A stretch of 64,000 nt of DNA from an uncultured Phycisphaerales bacterium (GTDB lineage Bacteria > Planctomycetota > Phycisphaerae > Tepidisphaerales > Tepidisphaeraceae), in the NCBI GenBank assembly GCA_963755915.1, contig CAVWLP010000002.1, forward strand, positions 1,152,001 through 1,216,000. Direction: 5' to 3'. A program made the position numbers and the translations under genes. Shown here one piece after another: positions 61,581 through 64,000 of this stretch. The notes under the pieces are model-generated. The model did no database searches, was not told where the DNA came from, and saw only the letters and a list, made by a program, of their open reading frames with translations. The first letter of the stretch is position 1; every line of letters begins with the position of its first letter.

Positions 61581-62512
61581 GCCGACCCGCAGAAAAACCG
61601 GATCACCATGTGACACACAGGGCCGTCGTCAAAAAAATGCGCTGGCCCTACCCGCTCATCTGGATCGTCCCCATGGCCGCCGCCGCGATCGCCGGCTGGT
61701 ACTACCACGACCGCTTCGAGCAAAACGGAGCCCAGATCACCATCACCTTCGACGACGCCGAAGGCTTAAAACCCGGCGCAACGCCCGTCTCCCATTTGGG
61801 CGTCGCCATCGGAAAAGTCAAAGACATCGATCTCAGCGACGACAAAAAACACGTCCTCGTTCACGTGGTGCTGATCCGGTCGCAAATGGCCTTCGCACAA
61901 CAAGGGGCAATCTTCTGGATCGTCCGTCCCCAGATATCAATGCAGGCAATCTCCGGCCTCGGCACCGTCCTTAGCGGCCCATATATCGATTCCCTTCCCG
62001 GCAACGGGGACGTGCAAAGCGAATTCGTCGGACTCAGCGCCCCGCCGGTCACCACCGAACCCGGCCTGCGAATCGTCCTCCGCGCCGCCAAGGTCGATCG
62101 CCTCCCCGCCGATGCACCCGTCTACTACAAGGGCGTGCAAGTCGGCTCCGTCGAGACGGTCGACTTAGGCTCCGAGGGCGATGCCGTCGATGTGCATCTC
62201 TTTATCCAGAAACGATATAGCCCCCTCGTGACCAGCAACACCCAGTTCTGGATTATCAGCGGCGTCGACGTGAAGGGCGGCATCTTCTCCGGCCTCCAGA
62301 TGAAGGTCGAATCCCTCCGCTCCCTCCTCTCCGGCGGCATCGGCTTCGCCACCCCCGACAAAGACATGGGCGATCCCGCCCAGGACGGCTCCACCTTCAT
62401 CCTCCACGAAGACGAAAAGAAAGATTGGGACCAGTGGTCCCCCAAGATTCCCCTCGAGCCTGCCAATTCAACCCAGCCGTCACCGACTTCATTGCCGCAG
62501 CTCCCGCAGTAG
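61577..62512 (+). CDS. pqiB: PqiB-like protein with two MCE/MlaD domains
   Basis: LIWIVP, ITITFDDAEGL, FWIVRP, GLGTVLSGPYI, PVYYKGVQVGSV, SLLSGGIGFATP. Confidence 0.85.
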   Translation: MSRPAEKPDHHVTHRAVVKKMRWPYPLIWIVPMAAAAIAGWYYHDRFEQNGAQITITFDDAEGLKPGATPVSHLGVAIGKVKDIDLSDDKKHVLVHVVLIRSQMAFAQQGAIFWIVRPQISMQAISGLGTVLSGPYIDSLPGNGDVQSEFVGLSAPPVTTEPGLRIVLRAAKVDRLPADAPVYYKGVQVGSVETVDLGSEGDAVDVHLFIQKRYSPLVTSNTQFWIISGVDVKGGIFSGLQMKVESLRSLLSGGIGFATPDKDMGDPAQDGSTFILHEDEKKDWDQWSPKIPLEPANSTQPSPTSLPQLPQ

Positions 62513-62791
62513 ATTCAATCGGCAATCTCCCCCCTCTTTCCCCACCGGCCGTCATTGCTAATACCTCCGCTTGCCTGTAATTTAACGCCGTCCGGGCAGT
62601 TCGTGGGTCAGTTTAATGGGAAATCGACCCACCCGTCTGGAAACCCGATGGAGCGGGCATTTGATCAGGAAAGTGTCTCACACTTTCTCTACGGCGCACG
62701 GCTGCATGGCCGAAGCTTTACGCCGCCGCGCTAGACAGAGCCTAAGCCCCTCAAAATTCACCGTTCCTCCGCACGGTCAGGAGACGACAGC

Positions 62792-63847
62792 GTGATCTTT
62801 GATTCGCTAATGGGCATGTTCAGCATCGACATGGGCATCGACCTCGGCACCTGCAACACCCTCGTCTGCGTCAAGGGCGAAGGCATCGTCCTCAACGAGC
62901 CCAGCGTCGTCGCCGTAAAAAAAGGCACCAACCGCGTCCTCCAAAACGGCAACGCCGTCGGACTCGTCGCCAAGGAAATGCTCGGTAAAACCCCCGTCAC
63001 CATCGAGGCCATCCGCCCCATGAAAGACGGCGTCATCAGCGATTTTGAAATCACCCAGGCCATGCTCTCCTACTTCATCCGCCGCGTCCACGGCCGAAAA
63101 CATTTCATCGGCCCCCGCGTCGTCATCGCAATTCCCTCCGGCATCACCGCCGTCGAACGCCGCGCCGTCTACGACAGCGCCGAACGCGCCGGCGCCCGCC
63201 GCGTCTACCTCGTCGAAGAACCCATGGCCGCCGCCATCGGCGCCGGACTCCCCGTCATCGAGCCCACCGCCAGCATGATCGTCGACATCGGCGGCGGAAC
63301 CACAGAAGTCGCCATCATCTCTCTCGCCGACATCAGCGCCTGCGAATCCGTCCGCGTCGCCGGCGACGATTTCGACGCCGCCATCGTCGGCCATATGAAA
63401 AAAACCTACAACATGGCCATCGGCGAACAAATGGCCGAAAAAATCAAAATCGAAATCGGCTCCGCCTCCCCCTCCGGCAACGGCGAGCCCACCATGGAAG
63501 TCCGCGGCCGCGACCTCATCAGCGGCCTCCCACGCAAAACCGTCGTCACCAGCGAAGAAATCCGCGAGGCCCTCCAGGATCCCATCAATCAGATTATCGA
63601 TTCCGTAAAGCGCACCCTGGAAAAAGCCGAGCCCGAACTAGCCGCCGACCTCGTCGAAAACGGCATCACCATGGCCGGCGGCTCTTCCCTCCTCCGCGGC
63701 CTCACCACCGTCCTCTCCAACGCCACCGGCTTAGACGTAAAACTCGCCGAAGACCCCCTCACCTGCGTCGCCCGCGGCACCAGCGTCTACCTCGAAAACC
63801 TGGAACTCTGGAAAGAAACCATGGAATCCGACGGGGACGAATCGTGA
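62792..63847 (+). CDS. mreB: rod shape-determining protein MreB
   Basis: GIDLGTCNT, NEPSVVA, RPMKDGVI, EEPMAAAIGAG, DIGGGTTE, AGGSSLLRG, PLTCVARG. Confidence 0.97.
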   Translation: MIFDSLMGMFSIDMGIDLGTCNTLVCVKGEGIVLNEPSVVAVKKGTNRVLQNGNAVGLVAKEMLGKTPVTIEAIRPMKDGVISDFEITQAMLSYFIRRVHGRKHFIGPRVVIAIPSGITAVERRAVYDSAERAGARRVYLVEEPMAAAIGAGLPVIEPTASMIVDIGGGTTEVAIISLADISACESVRVAGDDFDAAIVGHMKKTYNMAIGEQMAEKIKIEIGSASPSGNGEPTMEVRGRDLISGLPRKTVVTSEEIREALQDPINQIIDSVKRTLEKAEPELAADLVENGITMAGGSSLLRGLTTVLSNATGLDVKLAEDPLTCVARGTSVYLENLELWKETMESDGDES

Positions 63848-63874
63848 TTATGCAATTGTCCCCCCTCCCCCGAC

Positions 63875-63899
63875 GTAGGGTGGGTGTACTCGCCCACCA
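63875..63899 (+). repeat. GTAG-type REP hairpin
   Basis: GTAG followed by GGTGGG-TGTACTCG-CCCACC. Confidence 0.65.
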
Positions 63900-64000
63900 T
63901 CCCCGCCCAAGTCCAACACCCCAAGGCCGCCCCGAACGTCACCAGACCAGCCATGTGTCCCCGCGGCGGAACCGCATTCACCTATTCGAGCCAGCGCCTC

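Noticed and set aside
43577-63847. murD and mreB in a planctomycete as a novelty
   Set aside because: Peptidoglycan synthesis genes and mreB are already known in this phylum

Overview
64 kb of GC-rich bacterial chromosome, most likely from a planctomycete of class Phycisphaerae (Tepidisphaerales-like). This is inferred from an LEPRxLL-type N-terminus, a YdjY-domain protein, BlaI/M56 and ECF proteins with extensions, CxxCGYDLR..CPECG tails and ATQP-rich secreted proteins. Housekeeping genes are rpmE, lpdA, murD, pyrF, truB, galE, mreB and tRNA-Gly(TCC). Accessory content comprises an RND pump, glycosyltransferases, four toxin-antitoxin-type pairs, one complete IS4-family element with a 9-bp target duplication, sugar-processing enzymes and several families of intergenic palindromic or short tandem repeats. 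About 15 otherwise intact genes are broken by 1-2 nt indels, most likely long-read consensus errors. The most novel-looking locus is 54886-59695: a tandem [ECF sigma-TM-sensor domain]+[free sensor domain] unit present twice. It holds four diverged, apparently mosaic copies of an unrecognised ~215-aa extracytoplasmic domain, and both sigma genes share a TGTC-N18-ACAT-N9-ATG promoter-like motif. Other leads are a stand-alone basic four-repeat protein, a candidate L31 leader RNA, a hairpin-less RND adaptor, an arabinokinase-like kinase/phosphatase pair and a strong G-to-C strand skew reversal across the window. All calls come from reading the sequence; no database searches were run.
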